Source of the DNA: Peribolospora baueri
Taxonomy: Eukaryota
DNA length: 64,000 nucleotides
Direction: 5' to 3'
NCBI GenBank assembly: GCA_029717555.1
Contig: JAMDHS010000023.1
Location: 62,001-126,000 of the forward strand
Numbering within the stretch: position 1 is the first letter of the stretch; every line of letters starts with the position of its first letter. Positions 51,115-64,000 of this stretch are shown here, one piece after another. The position numbers and the translations under genes are program-made. The notes beneath the pieces were generated by a model. The model saw only the letters and a list, made by a program, of their open reading frames with translations. It did no database searches and was not told the origin of the DNA.

Positions 51115-54100
51115 TTACGTTGGTCGTCGAGAATCTCTGGCGTCATGCTCCGCCATCTCGGCCCTGCGCTCGCGAATCCACTCGGGTACAGGGTGGGCTC
51201 GGATGACGGTGTGTTTGCGAGCCTCCTTTGTAAGTACGGCATCTCTCGCCTGTTATTGGACGAAAGAAAGATGAAAGGGAAAAAAGCTGTTATTCGACAC
51301 CGCGCGGACACAGGGGCATCTGCAACGCCGCCGACGTGGAACAGGACGAGGAGGGCTAGAAGGTGTTCATTTGTCGATTCTTGACTCGACTCACCTCCTC
51401 CTCCCTCCTCTTTATTTCTCTCAACCTCTCGCGAACTATCTCTTTCTCCCTCACCTGCTCATCGAACTTGCGGCGAGCCTTCATTCTCCTGTTTGTTTCC
51501 AGCCCGAAGCTGATATCTGCAGCCGGCTCCCGGCGAGGCCTCTTCCGCGGCCTTCCTTCCCCTCCTTCGCCGTCGCCCCGCCCAGCTTCCCCTTCCTTCT
51601 TGCCGGACGCAGACGCGGAAAACTTGCGAGCCAATACCTCGACCTTGACGTCCGGATACTTGGGGACAGGCTTAGGTCTCAGCCTCTCCTCCCTCTCCTT
51701 CCTCTCCCTGGCTTCCCACTCCGCCTTGCGCTGCGCGAACATTTCCGAATGTTTCCGTACCCGCACGTCAGAAGCGAACCTGAAAGGTCGCACCATTGTG
51801 CTGCTTGCGGGATGCCCCTGCGAACGAGAGGACGTGCTCTGTTTGTGATTATCTTCATCCTTGTTCGGGGCAGCGGGAGGCTTTGCCGCAGGTTGCCGGG
51901 GGCGGCTTGTTACTTTGGGTGCAGGAGCAGTGGTCTGTGGCCGACAAGGTCCGGGGGAGGAACCAACAGAAATGAGCGACGAGTGATAGAACTCAAACAC
52001 TGACAAATGTCAGCACCTTGGTCTCGACGGAGCACTTACCTTCCTCTTCCCTGCCAACGCAGCCATAGTCTCCCTCCTACCCGCCTCGGTTAGACTAGGT
52101 GCAACTTTCCGCTTCTTGACGTCTCTCCCTCCTCCTCCAGTCACCTCCGCGCCCGAGCTCTTTGTGCTCTTCAATTGGGGGCCGACGTCCATCGTAAGGG
52201 TCTCGGTTTGAACAGGGAATTCAATTGGATCGTCAGAAGATCTGGCCGGAGCGTTGGCCAACCGTTTGCGAACGTGTCTCGTATCGGCCGGGTCATCCAG
52301 CGCAAGGTTGTGCGGAACTGCGAAAGAAGCGGGGAGAGCAGGCGCGGGAGCATGGACGGGAGCAGCGGGGAACGCAACGATCGCGTGAGTCTGGCGCGCG
52401 CGCTTCGGCAGTGGAGAGACCTGTCGTTCGCGTCTGACATCGGTCTTGAGCTCAGCTTGGCGAGCGTCGCGTGGAGGAGAATGGGCCTTATCGGCGATAA
52501 AAATTTGGCGGCTCGCCTCCGTTTCTCGCGACGTGGTGGGTTCATGTCCGCGAGAAGTGGGTGGCCTCGAATGTGAGGCGGGAGCATGGAAAGGCACGGC
52601 GGTCGGCTGCTCTTCCTCCCCTCGAGGGCGCTTCTTCGGTCGCGACGGTGAATCGAAAATGGCACTTGAAGTGGACGGACCGGGCACCTGAACCGGAACT
52701 GCTGGAGCCGGCTCGGGAATATAGGCGAAGTTTGGCAACTGGCTCCTCTTCTCAACGAGCGCCTTATTATGGGAGGCCTTCTGAGAAGGCACGGCGTGTC
52801 CGGCGGCGTTTGAAGGCTTGGGCTCTGCCTCCCTCGCTGAACGGAGCTCGGGTTGTTGGAGCTCGGATCGTTGTGCCGGAAGAGGATGAGACTTCAGCTT
52901 TTCCTTCGCGCTTGGTGGCCGAGTCTTGGTCTCATCTCCGGCAGACCGGACTTTGGCCATCTCATTCGCCGAACCCGAGCCTGCCTTGGTCTCTCTCTTT
53001 GTCGCCGTCGCCACTGTCACCTTCGCATCACTCTCGACCTTCTTTCCACTCGCCTTGGCTGGTTCCTTGTCCTTCGCCCTCTCCCTCGGCCGCGGCTTCG
53101 GCGCAGACTGTTCTCTCTGCACTTGACCTCCACCAGGACGACTCCTCGTCTCAATGGCCAACTTCGCTCGCTTCTGGTCGGGACGCGATCCATCCCCATC
53201 GGGCGGGTCACGACGCGATTTGGGGCGTTGCGACACGGGTTGAGCAGGCTGGGGTGCGCTTCGCGGCTGAGGCTTGCGGGGAGGCGCGTTGCCCTCGGCT
53301 CGGGCGGTCGGCTTGTTCGCCGGATGGGAGCGTTCTCGATCCGTTTCTTTGGGCGGATGACGAAATAACTTTGGACGAGGGGCAGGCATGGTGGGAGCAT
53401 CGAGCGCGCTGCTCAGGTGAAGGTCCCGCCCCTCTGAGGCCTGTGATAGCGCTCCTTCATCCCGGTGATAGACATGGAGGTCTCCGCTATCGTCGTCCCC
53501 TCCAATGCCGTCACCTCTTGTTGTCTTATCTTGCTCCCGTCGCCCAATGTTCCTCTCTCCTTCCGCGCTTCCCTCGTTGTGCCCATTCTCCTCCGCGTCA
53601 CTCCTTTTGCTCCCAAAAATCTGCCTAAGCAACTCCTCTTCGAGGTCTCGAACTCTCCCGATTCCTCGTTGATCGTCGCCGTTCTTTCCTTCTGGCTGCG
53701 GCGCAGGTCCCGGCCGCTCTAGAGGTTTTGATGCGAGCAGTGGCGGAGAAGAGGTATGCGACTGGATAAGTGCCGGAGCGTCGCGATCCTCACGGAGATA
53801 GGGTTGAGCAGACGCCTGTGGAGCCGCTGACTCAGGTCTTGGTGGAGATGGGTCGTCCGCAAAGTGGACCCTCCGAACCGGAGATCTCAACCTGCGCTCT
53901 TCGAACCGGGCATTCGAATCTCTGCGCGGTCTCGGCTGGGACCGGATGCCGTTCTCTTGTGGTGGAAGAGGTAGAGGGGAAGCTTGTGCCTGTTGGGACT
54001 CGACATCAGCTTCATGCTCCTGTTGTTGTTGTCGGGGGTCCAGTCGGGCACTAGAATTGTGTGGAGGTTTCGGATGGGTGCGCCCAAACTGTTTACGTGA

Positions 54101-55762
54101 ATCGTCCAGTTGCAGTCGCTCCTTGACGTGTGGAGTGGGGATCGAGCTCGTCTTGATGGAGTGTTCGGAGTGACTGGATGAGGGCACCGGAGCACCGTCC
54201 ACATGGCCCGCTTTTCTTGCAAAAGCTCCTCGCATCGCCGCATATAGTTCCTTGTCCATACCTGCGTCTGTATCAGCGTGAGGCGCTAGTAGACGGTTGG
54301 CCCGTTCGGCTCTTGGCTGTTCCACGGTCGCCTGCAGCACAGATTCCCGAGAGGGTTTGCGTACCTCCTCCCCAGGCGTTTTCCGGGGCACGCCGTCCAC
54401 CATCCGTTGATCTGCGGTCTTGGCCTTCGTCGATGCAGGTCGCTCAACGGCCGCGCTGGTCATTGGCTTTACGCCGGCACGGTGTGAGCCCGAGCCAAGC
54501 CGGGTGACAGTCGGCGGCTCCGCGCGGCTGTTAACGGCCTTAGAATCGAAATGCGAGTCAGCATCTCGGCTCGCTTGCTTCGGAGATGCTTGTTGAGAGC
54601 TTGCAAGAGCCTTGGAAGAGGATTGAGCTATTGTCATCCTGCTCGTGGACCTGACAGGCAGGCCGGTATTGACCACTTTGGAGATCTCGCGTTGCGAAGG
54701 GTCGAGATGCGCCTGATTGTTGACAACACGGGTCTTTTCCTGGCTCGTCTTGGACGATTGCGTGCCCGCGCCCGTCTCCTTCAATCTCCCAACGGGTTCA
54801 GCATGAAGCTCTTTGTCCTCCATCTTTCTCTTGGTATGGGCCGAAAGATCGATGCCTCGCTTGCTTGCGAAGAAAGAGTCACGTTGTTTGCGACTGAACA
54901 TGTCGTCCGCTGGCCCATCCGCTTTACCCTTCCCCATGGGTGTCGAAGACGTTGGCAGAGCGGTCGCAACCGGTAGCACAGGAGCGTTCGTCCTGTCGTT
55001 GAGCACGCGCCGAGATTGTGCATCCAACGCAGGCTTTTTCACATCTCCATTCCCTCCATGAGCTCGGCGACCGGAGGGTGCCTGACTATCCGTCCATCCC
55101 TTGTCCGCGGGTAATGGGTTTGTTCGTTCTCCTCGTCCAACGAGGAGATGGTTGGAGCGTGCTTCCTCCTCCTCTAGGAACGCCAGCCACTCTTCATCGC
55201 TCACGGCCGCCACCTCCGGCCCCACGCTGGGGTGGTGGTCTGTGGCATTCGTCCTCGATCCCCAACCTTCTTTCCTCGGGGAAAGGAGAGCATTTCGCTG
55301 CCAACCCCTTCCTCCTCGAGTTCCAAGGGACACGCCAGCGAAGCGTTCAAAAGAGCCGTCGAGATCGGAGGTGTGACCGTGCACGAGTCGACTGACCTCC
55401 GGTTCTGCGCCACCGGCGAGGAGATCGCTGAGAGAATTATCGGCAACAGGCGACGCGTCTACGACGTTATTCGAGGATGAAAGCTTTGTCGACTTGGAAA
55501 GCAGCGTCTCGCGAAGACCCCTTCGCTTTGCGGGGGACCTTTGGGTGACGTTGAACTCGGGAGAAAAGTGCACCTTCTTGTTTAAACCCTTGCGAGGAGA
55601 TTTTGACCTTATAGAAGGTCGAGAGCGAGCCTCCACATACGCGCGCCCGTAAGGAGTGAAGAGGGGCGAGGCGAGCACGGAGTCGGGGAAGAAGCTGTGT
55701 GCAGAAAGACCAGAGATGTTGGCATCCTGGCGGGGAAGCCGGATGGAGTTGTCTTCCTCCAT
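51115..55762 (-). CDS. Large disordered protein with a C-terminal TPX2-like microtubule-binding region
   Basis: First exon about 1240 aa of low complexity. The C-terminal exons give RPFRFASDVR, PKPVP, FGLETNRRMKARRKFDEQVREKE and RKHTVIRAHPVPEW, which resemble the TPX2 C-terminus. Confidence 0.72.
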
Positions 55763-56125
55763 GCGAGCAGTGCTGGGTCAGAGCGGCCCCTGGTGAGAGC
55801 AGGGAGTAAAAAGAAAGATCAGAGAAGGAACATGACGGTCGACTCGAGGAGCCGAGACGTAATTGGATGTTCGTATCGGCCGAGGTGGGTGGAGGTGAAG
55901 TCGAACGGCGAGCAGCTCTGATCGCCATCTTCCCATCCATCGATCATCACACTGGTGTCAACAACGTCGCGCCTCGACGCGTCGGACTTAAACGGCCGAA
56001 CAGAAGGACCGGTCTGAGACTGGCCGAGCCGGGGACGGCTCTGGCTGGGGCCGCATATAGTCAAACGTCGGAAGGCACGAAGACAGGTCGACACATTCCG
56101 CTCTTCTCCTTCCTTTCCCAACGCC

Positions 56126-59100
56126 ATGGCGCCCAGGAAGACCCCCAACGTAGGCCCCAGCGCCGGCGCGAGCGCGCTCAGCACCGCCGATGTCAACGCC
56201 GCCGCGCGCGCAAGAGGGACGAGCAAGGCCAAGCAAGCCGCCCGTCCCATCGACCCGGCCTTCCACAATGGCGAGATGTCTCGCGTCGAGCCTGTACGCC
56301 ACCGCGTCGTCGACCTCGACTCACTGCCGGTCCCCAAGCCCGTGTCGGCGTTTAAGACGCTCCTCGCCCTCCTCGTCTTCTTTGTCCTCCTCTCTTGGGG
56401 CACCATTACGTCTCACTACCGGCTCCCCCTTCCGGGCACGGCCGACAGAGACCCGACGACGGGCGAGCCGGTGTTCAGCGAGCGCAACGCGATGGACGTG
56501 ATCAAACATCTCAGCGAGGACTTTGGTTACCGCATCGTCGGCACCAAGGAGCATATGGACGCTGGGCAGTGGTTTCTTGGACAGCTGCAGAAGTTTAAGG
56601 AGCGCGTGGAGGTATCGGAGGGGAAGAGGCCGGGGGGGCGTAGGAGGGAAGTCGAGATCTGGTACCAGGAGGGTGATGGCGCGCACCGGTGAGCCGTCCT
56701 GTTGGTCAGCCATCCGGCGTCAACTTGTTGACGGGCGCGAGGTCGGGTGAACCGAGGTCGGCTTGCCGTGTCACGTTCAGGTATTGTGTGCTCACTCTCG
56801 TCTCCTCGTTCTTCGGGCTCTTCTCCATAGTTTCGACTTCATGTCTGCCGTCGTCTTCAAGAAGTACTACTCAATGACCAACCTGATTGTCCGGCTCTCC
56901 GATCCCTCCGTCTCAACCAGCAAGCACAATGCCATCCTCATCAACTCGCACCTCGATTCTACGCTGCCCAGCCCCGGCGCCGCCGATGACGGAGCGGGCG
57001 TGGGGGTCATGTTTGACGCCATGAGGGTGCTCAGCGAGATGGACGGTCCGCTTATGAACAGCATCATCTTCTGTGAGGACACTCTTTCCTTATGCGGCGG
57101 ACTGGTCAAAGCCTTTTAGATCCGATAACTTCTAGAATTGGCATTAGACTGAGGACTCCAATCTTTGCCTCGCTTAGTGTTCAACAACGGCGAGGAATCG
57201 TTGCAAGACGCTTCGCACCTGTTCATGACGCAGCACGAACTCGCAGGATCCGTCCGGGCGGTCATTAACCTCGAGGGTGAGCGTAATGGCCTGCTATAAA
57301 TGGCTCAGTCAGAAGAATAGCATGCTAGATCGCGCTCTGACCTCATTCTTTGGCGTCGGATTTTTCCCAGCGTGCGGCGTTTCTGGACCGGAAATCCTCT
57401 TCCAAGCCACCTCTCTCGAGATGATCAAGGCGTACTCGCACGCTCCTCACCCCTATGGTACTGTACTCGCTAACGACGTCTTCAGCTCAGGTATTATCCT
57501 TAGCGAGTTGAGTATTTTGCAGAAGGTCTCGCTGGACCTATGAAGTACTGAATTGTATCTGACCGCGCTCACCATCGATGTATGTACCCATTTGTCCTTG
57601 CAGCACCGACTTCCGCCAGTTCGTAGAGTACGGAGGCGGGCTAAAGGGCTTGGACATGGCCATCGTCGGAGACAGCTACAAGTATCACACGGTGAGCGGG
57701 ATTCCTTCTTCCAAGATTTACCCAGCGCTCAACATGTTTTTCGTGTTCCTCTGCTTTACAGCGCCTCGACATGCCCCAATACATCGAGCCCGGTGCGGTC
57801 CAGCATATGGGCGAGAACGTGCTCGCGATTCTTAAATACCTGGTCTCCCCTGCTGCTTCCATCTCCCACCTCGGCGGCGTGCCCGCGAATAGCACGACTG
57901 GCGAGATACAATTCCACAGGGACGAGAAGCCAGTCTACTTCTCCTTTCTCGGTCGGTTCTTCTTTATGGCGCGTAAGGAACTAGCGGGCAGAATTTTCTA
58001 CACTGTCGCCACATTGGCGCAGTTCTTCTTTACCACCGTCATCAGGGAGGAGAGGAAAAGGGGGAGCCTGAAGGTCACTACGCTCGCCTTAGTCGGCGTT
58101 GTCGCGAGTCTCTTGGGCGCCATCCTTGGCGCAAACACGGTGGCTTTTGTGATGGCCAAGGTTTTGTCCAAGAGCATGAGCTGGTGAGTCCGGAAGTATT
58201 GGCTCGATGGACAGCACCTAGCGTCTCCGTCGTTCTTGATGGCCGACGAATTGCCTTTTTTTTAACCTTCTGAACAGGTTCAGATACGAATTTTTTTGCG
58301 TCGCGCTCTACGGCCCGCCAGCTCTGGTCGGAGCGCTCCTCCCCCAGCTCGGCCTCTCCAAGCTCCTTACGCCGAAGGAGTATCAGTACCTCGAACGCGC
58401 TAACCTCAGCGCCTTATACATCATCTTTGGCCTCGTCATGCTCATTCTTCACGCATTCAACATCGGGTCCGCCTACCTCTTCGCTATCTCCACCGTATTC
58501 TTGCTCATCGCCGTTTTCATCAACGACATTTTCCTCGTCGGCTTCTCCAACTGCGTCGATGAGGAGGAGCAGAGGAAAGCTGGCGTCCCGAGGGTCAACC
58601 TGTTCACGTACTTCCTGGCGCAGGCTGTCCCAATTGCGGTTGGCGTCGAGTGTAAGCGTCCATTTTACTCTATCTCGACTCGACGACTTAGTTTGACTTC
58701 AATCTTACCAGTCAGGGCGATCGCTTACTATTCTACCCTCTCTTGCTGTCGCTTTTAGGCCTTGTCTCGTTCCTAGACCTCTTCGTGCCACTCACAGGCC
58801 GGACTGGCGAAATCTCCCCAGTAGACCATATTGTTGGCACGCTCACTGCCTTCCTCGGCTTCTTCACCATCCCCACCGCCCTCGCGCTCGTCCACCGCTT
58901 CGGTGTAGGTTTCCTCCACAAGGCAATTTTGGCAGGTACAATCGTCACCACCGTCGCCATTGCTATCTTTGCTGGGCCGAAATCTGAGCCGTTCGATGCG
59001 ATGCACCCCAAGAGGGTGTTCATGCATCATGTCGAGAATGTGAGTCTTTGGAGAAGGTGAAATTGGAAGTGGGGCAAGGTCAGGGTGCGGTGCTGACTGG

Positions 59101-60315
59101 TTCTCCGTGTGCTCGCCCGCTCGATATGGTAGGTCACGTCAGACGAATTCTATCTGGTATGTGTTCATCAAGGCCTCAGCCAATGGAACGCTCGCTCGTT
59201 TGAACTCACACAGTTGGCAGTCGGGCTTAATTCTTTTTCTCCATACTCTCGGCCGCTTGTCCTACAGAACATTGGCGCCGCTGACCCTGCTCCCGGCTTT
59301 CACGACCTCGTCAACGATTTGCACGCTCACTTCGGAGTGTCGCCGGATGAGCCTGCTCAGTTTGTCGAGATGACTCCTTCGAACACTGACTGGTGAGAGT
59401 GGCACTCATCTCTGTCGACGGGTAGTCAGCCTGTCGAAGGATGTGCATAATCATCTCACGCACCTACCTTCTTCTCCTTCCTAAAGGAACGTCCTGTATC
59501 CCGTCTCTCTTTTCCTCACGCCATACAAGTTCCGCCTGCCGTCCCCGCCTCCTAGCGAGTATGTGTTCAAGTTTAGCTCGGGCGAAGCGTTCAAGCTGTA
59601 CTCGACCGAAGACAAGCTGGATGAGCAAAGGAGGTTGAGGAACATGACCCTCGTCATCGAGCATCCGGGGATCATTTGGACTGGTGAGCGTCCTTTGCTT
59701 TTGCTCGACTCTTGTTCCACGTAACGAGTTAGGAACTAAGTGTTGAGCTTGCCCTTCCGACTCGACTTGCAGTCATCGCTTTCGATGCCGATATCATCGC
59801 CTGGGACCTCCCTATGGCGCCTCCTACCGGTGGCTTTCAGCGACATCACATCAAGGAGGTCTCCCTGTACGGCCACAACCGGTGGACTATCGAACTGTCT
59901 CTTCGGCTTAGCGAGGAGGAGTTCGAGGCGGCCAAGGCTGGGCGCGTCGGTGGCAATGGCAGGCACGGGAGGTTGTTGAAGACGAACGGGCACGAGGAGA
60001 TTGGGAAGGGGAGAATGAAGGTGGACTTCCTCGGGTGAGTCGGATGTTAGCGGGGTCACAGGGCAGAACATGTCCGAAAGGTGTTGCACAAGTCTGTTGA
60101 TCACCCACCGATTACTACCTGCGTCTATTCTTCTCTTGCTCCTTTCTCCATCCAGGCTGGAAGAACGTGGTATGTTCCCGGGCAAATCCGAAGAAGGTCG
60201 CGGCCTACCGAGCATAGAGACGTTCCGCAGAGTGGACGCGCACATGCACGACAAGTACGATTGTATGATGTTGGGAGCCATCGGCGGTGTTGTCGAAGGT
60301 GGGTTGGAGCGGTGA
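56126..60315 (+). CDS. M28-family membrane metallopeptidase (ERMP1/Pff1-like)
   Basis: NSHLDSTLPSPGAADDG, FNNGEESLQDASHLF, NLEACG, SDTDFRQF, GLDMA, YHT, a multi-TM region, and PFDAMHPKR. More than 10 exons. Confidence 0.92.
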
Positions 60316-60789
60316 AAGTTCTTTTGCGGCCTTGCGTGCGTCTTCGCGCGAGCTTACGACACCACCCCTGGCTCTTCCCGATCTTGATCATCCATCCCTC
60401 GCTCACAGTGTAAAGGACCTTTCCTCAAAGCGAGACACATGCGCTTTCCAGACAGACGATACAAGAAGTTTCGTTCAGGGACGCCACGTTTCTTACGTTT
60501 GCGGTTGGCCGTACTCTACTGCACTTGCTCGCTCAGTCAGGCGGGCACTTAGATAGGCAAAAGAGGAATGGACATTTGTGTATCTACAGTCGTAGCTATG
60601 TTCCATAGAGACAAGACCGACTTGAAGGGACGAATGGATGCATGCAAATGCGTACGTAGATCGTACGTCGAATGAGGAGTTCGGAGAAGTGATCGGCCGG
60701 AAGGAAAACTTGCCGCGTCGCCGTCGAGAGGTTTCTTTCGCGACGACGACGACCACCAACTCGGTGCATGCCAGAGAGAAGGAGCGAAC

Positions 60790-61653
60790 ATGTCGGGACG
60801 GGATTCGGCCGTCATATTCGATGCTCAGTTCCAGGTCACTTCGGTTGATAAAGATGGAAAAAAGTTCGATCGAGGTAAGCACGCTCGCATTTCAGCGTCA
60901 GCCACTTCGGCCGCCGAGCAAAGCTGCGACAGTGGGCTGACCACCGCTCCTTCATCCATCCGTTCAATCCCCTCTTCCTCTGTTCCCCTCCTTCGCATCC
61001 TCGCTTTCGATCTCTTGTCTATGCCGCCCAGTATCACGCATCACGGCCGACTCGGACGCGCTGGAGATGAACCTCTCTCTAGACATGAACAGCGAGCTGT
61101 ACCCTCTCCGGGAGGGCGACGTTTTCACCCTCGTCCTCGCCACCACGCTCTCCCTGGGTGGCGCTGCGGAAGGAGCGGGGGAGGGGAGGGACGCATGGAG
61201 GGTCAATGCGGGCAAGCCGAGTCTGGCGGACGAGTACGAATACGTGATGTATGGAAAGGTGAGCGGGAGCTGTCAAACTAAACTGTCTTGCTTTGCCTTC
61301 GAACGCTCGACGGGTTCGATTCGACGGCTAGGTTGGTGGATCAGTAGATGGGGGAGGACATGTCTCTCACTCGCGGTCGAGTCTTTTTGTTTACCGTCAA
61401 CCTCTTCCCGCAGGTGTACAAGTTTGACGAGGGGACGTCAGAGACTGTGTGAGTTGCACTCGGTTCACCCAACGCGCAACGTACCTTTCTCTCACCCTCC
61501 TCTGCTTTTTTACTCTTCATCGTTTCCCACGCCGCCTCGCTCAGCACGGTCTACGCATCCTTTGGAGGCCTCCTCCTCGCTCTCACCGGCTCCTTCCGCC
61601 ACGTGAGCGAAATCGTCGTCGGGTCCAACGTGTACCTCCTCATGCGGAGGTAA
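60790..61653 (+). CDS. RPB8: RNA polymerase I/II/III shared subunit RPABC3
   Basis: VDKDGKKFDRVSRI, LSLDMNSELYPL, SLADEYEYVMYGKVYKF, YASFGGLLLALTG, VYLLMRR*. Confidence 0.97.
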
Positions 61654-62574
61654 CCCGTTCGGTCGTTTCGCTCGTCTGCCTACCTTCCCCGCCCAATGGA
61701 GCTGTTTGCAATTCAATCCCGCACACCCTACCCCGCCGTCTGTGCACGTTTATTTGTGTTATGGAGCGTCGCTCGACACTGTTCGAGCGATTGACAAGGG
61801 TCTCTTTCGAGCCTTTTAGAGAGATTCTAGGGCGCCCGGCACAAAGTCCCCATTGGAACAGCATTCGCCGGCGAGATTGAAAAAGAGCGCCTAACGCCAT
61901 GGAACTGGCTATCCGACTCTCATCAAAGAAGCGCTCGTCTCAACACATTGAATCAATCAATATTTGGCAGTCGACGTAGTACGATGTTTCATTCGATCGA
62001 TGGCTTGATGCAGGCCTTCCGGCCACTTGCCGCTTTCCGCTTGCTCGCTTGCTCGCTGTTGACATCGGCGACGTGTATATTCCATCACCTTTCAAAGTCT
62101 AGGTAGGACACGGTGCATTGGCCTACTACGCAGGCACGCAGGAAGGCAGGCAGGCAGGCAGTGTGGATCCTGCCAAAAGCTTGGATGAAGGCGGGCGGGC
62201 GGGCGGACCCACCCGGACTCTGACGGACGTTCGGGCACGTTCGTTGTAGCTACGGGGATGTCGTATTGGGGGAAAGAGCAGAGAAGGGAACGGGGAAGGA
62301 AGGCGGTCGGTGAAGAAAGAAACATATGTACGCGTTGGAAAGCAAGCCTGAAGCAGATAGGTTGAAAACGAAGGCGTAGGGCAGGAGGGGAGGTAAGGCG
62401 GGAGAAAAGAAGTGGGGAAACCAGGGATGCGAGCCGTAACCGAACAGAACCGTGACGAGCCGAGCGGATGTCGGGCCTTGCCTTCTTCCTACCATCCCGT
62501 CGGACAACACCGACCTGCCGCTAACCACCCATGAGATGCCAAACGACGACCGCGAGCGACCGAGGCAAGAGGGC

Positions 62575-63610
62575 CTACGGGGCTCCGCCGTACCTTGCCT
62601 TGCGACCAATGTCGAAAGGGATGTAACGATACTTGATCATATGCTTGATCTGCCGGCGCATGGTGAGGGCGAAGAGGAGGCAAAAGTAGATGAGGAGGAT
62701 GGGCCAGTAGACGGGGACGTTGGTTGCCTCCGTTATGGTGCAAACGATGGAAATGAGCGTTGCTCGAGTTGCAGACAACCTGTGGAAGGGAGGGCAAAGA
62801 ACGAGAAGAGTACGGGTGGCGAAAAGAAAAGCAATCCGTCAGTCGAATGACTCGGCAGCCGACGATGCGAAACGGAAACGGGGGAGCCCACCAGAACTAA
62901 AACCCGATGGAAGCGCGGATATGAGAGGAAGGTCAGGACAGGGTGGATAAAGGGGGGAGCAAGTCAGCACCGTAAGCGCCCGCTGCCGAGCAGACCCGAC
63001 GGTCGCCATCCCGTTCCATTGCACCATCATGTCTGCCAATGTTTGCCACTGACCTTAAACTCGGGCAACCTGCGGATGAACGGTCTGAACTCCTCGTCCT
63101 TGGCCGAGCTGGGCAACCCGGGGGCGCCCTCTTCGACGTCCTCGGCCGCGAGGTCGGCCTCGAGGGAAGGGTCGAACTTGGGAGAGAGGAAGGCGAGGAA
63201 GAGGTTGAGGAGGTAGATGCCAAGGGCGTAGCAGACTAGATAGACGGGCAGGTCATGTCCATGGTCATGTTGATCAGAAAACGGTCGGGTACTCGGTAAA
63301 AAAAAGAAAAGAAAGAAGAATGCGGCTGCAACGCCACCGCGGCAGGGATCCGTGCGCGCCTGAAGGAACGGGCGAAAAGATGGCCACGGAGCTCACCGAT
63401 GTACCATCCCTGCGAAAAAAGAATCCTGAGGAGGAAAAGGAAGAGCAAGGCGCCAAAGCTGGTCCACCGATAGAGGACATGGGGCACGGTGCGGTCGAGA
63501 TAGACCTGGAACTGCTGTTGGAGGCGGCTGGTGTGGGCGAAGAAGGCCTCGGCCGGGTTTTCGTCGAAGCCGAGTCCATCGTCGGGTCTACCGTCGTCTG
63601 CGCGCATCAT
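62575..63610 (-). CDS. RER1: Golgi-to-ER retrieval receptor Rer1
   Basis: [74 protein letters not shown]. Confidence 0.96.
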
Positions 63611-64000
63611 CTTGGGCGGCGGTGAGGAAGGGGGTATAGGAAGCGCGGGAGGCGGAGAGGAGAAGGGAAGGAAACGGAGGCGAGGACGGAGATGGCAAAA
63701 ATAAACGCTTCGTGGTACGCTTGCGCTCTCTCTCGCTCTCGCTGGCCAGGCCAGGTACAACACGTCGCCGTCTCGAAGGTCGGGCTGCGGCGACGCCAGC
63801 TGGCGCACGTGATCGGTCGGAGAGGGTAGGGTTACCGGCTGGCCGGTGTCTGCGCAATCCACCCGTCCATCCGCATGCGGAACGGCTTGCTACCAATCGG
63901 GTATGATCGTGGGCACATTACGACATGTCGGACATACGCGGCCATACCGTGGACCGACGGTGGGCAGTGCTGAGCCGTGGAAGAAGAGGCGGGAGAACGC

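Overview
Gene-dense, GC-rich, intron-rich fungal DNA. Short GT-AG introns (GTGAGY donors, CTGAC/CTAAC branch points) and the protein families point to a basidiomycete, probably Ustilaginomycotina; the taxon is inference. I can support about 25 protein genes. Most are housekeeping: ALG3 (5'-truncated), ARH1, an amino-acid permease, a saccharopine-dehydrogenase-like oxidoreductase, Bud4/anillin, Pop3, GPHR, an Rds2-like Zn2Cys6-PAS factor, an arrestin-like protein, eIF2A, mitochondrial EF-G, uS2m, Ssb Hsp70, Ind1, a TPX2-like protein, an M28/ERMP1 peptidase, Rpb8 and Rer1. An accessory-looking block at about 37.5-44.3 kb holds a SnoaL/NTF2-fold gene head-to-head with a steroid 5-alpha-reductase, an Mpr1-type GNAT, an intronless F-box gene and a decayed secreted-protein gene. 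The clearest unexplained non-coding structure is a 270-nt near-perfect inverted repeat (1885-2154) just upstream of ARH1. I also reconstructed a three-exon Cys-rich orphan gene that the ORF track misses, and a 5-nt microexon in RER1. I saw no tRNA, rRNA, CRISPR array or transposase. All exon boundaries were derived by hand, and family calls come from motif recognition, not database searches.
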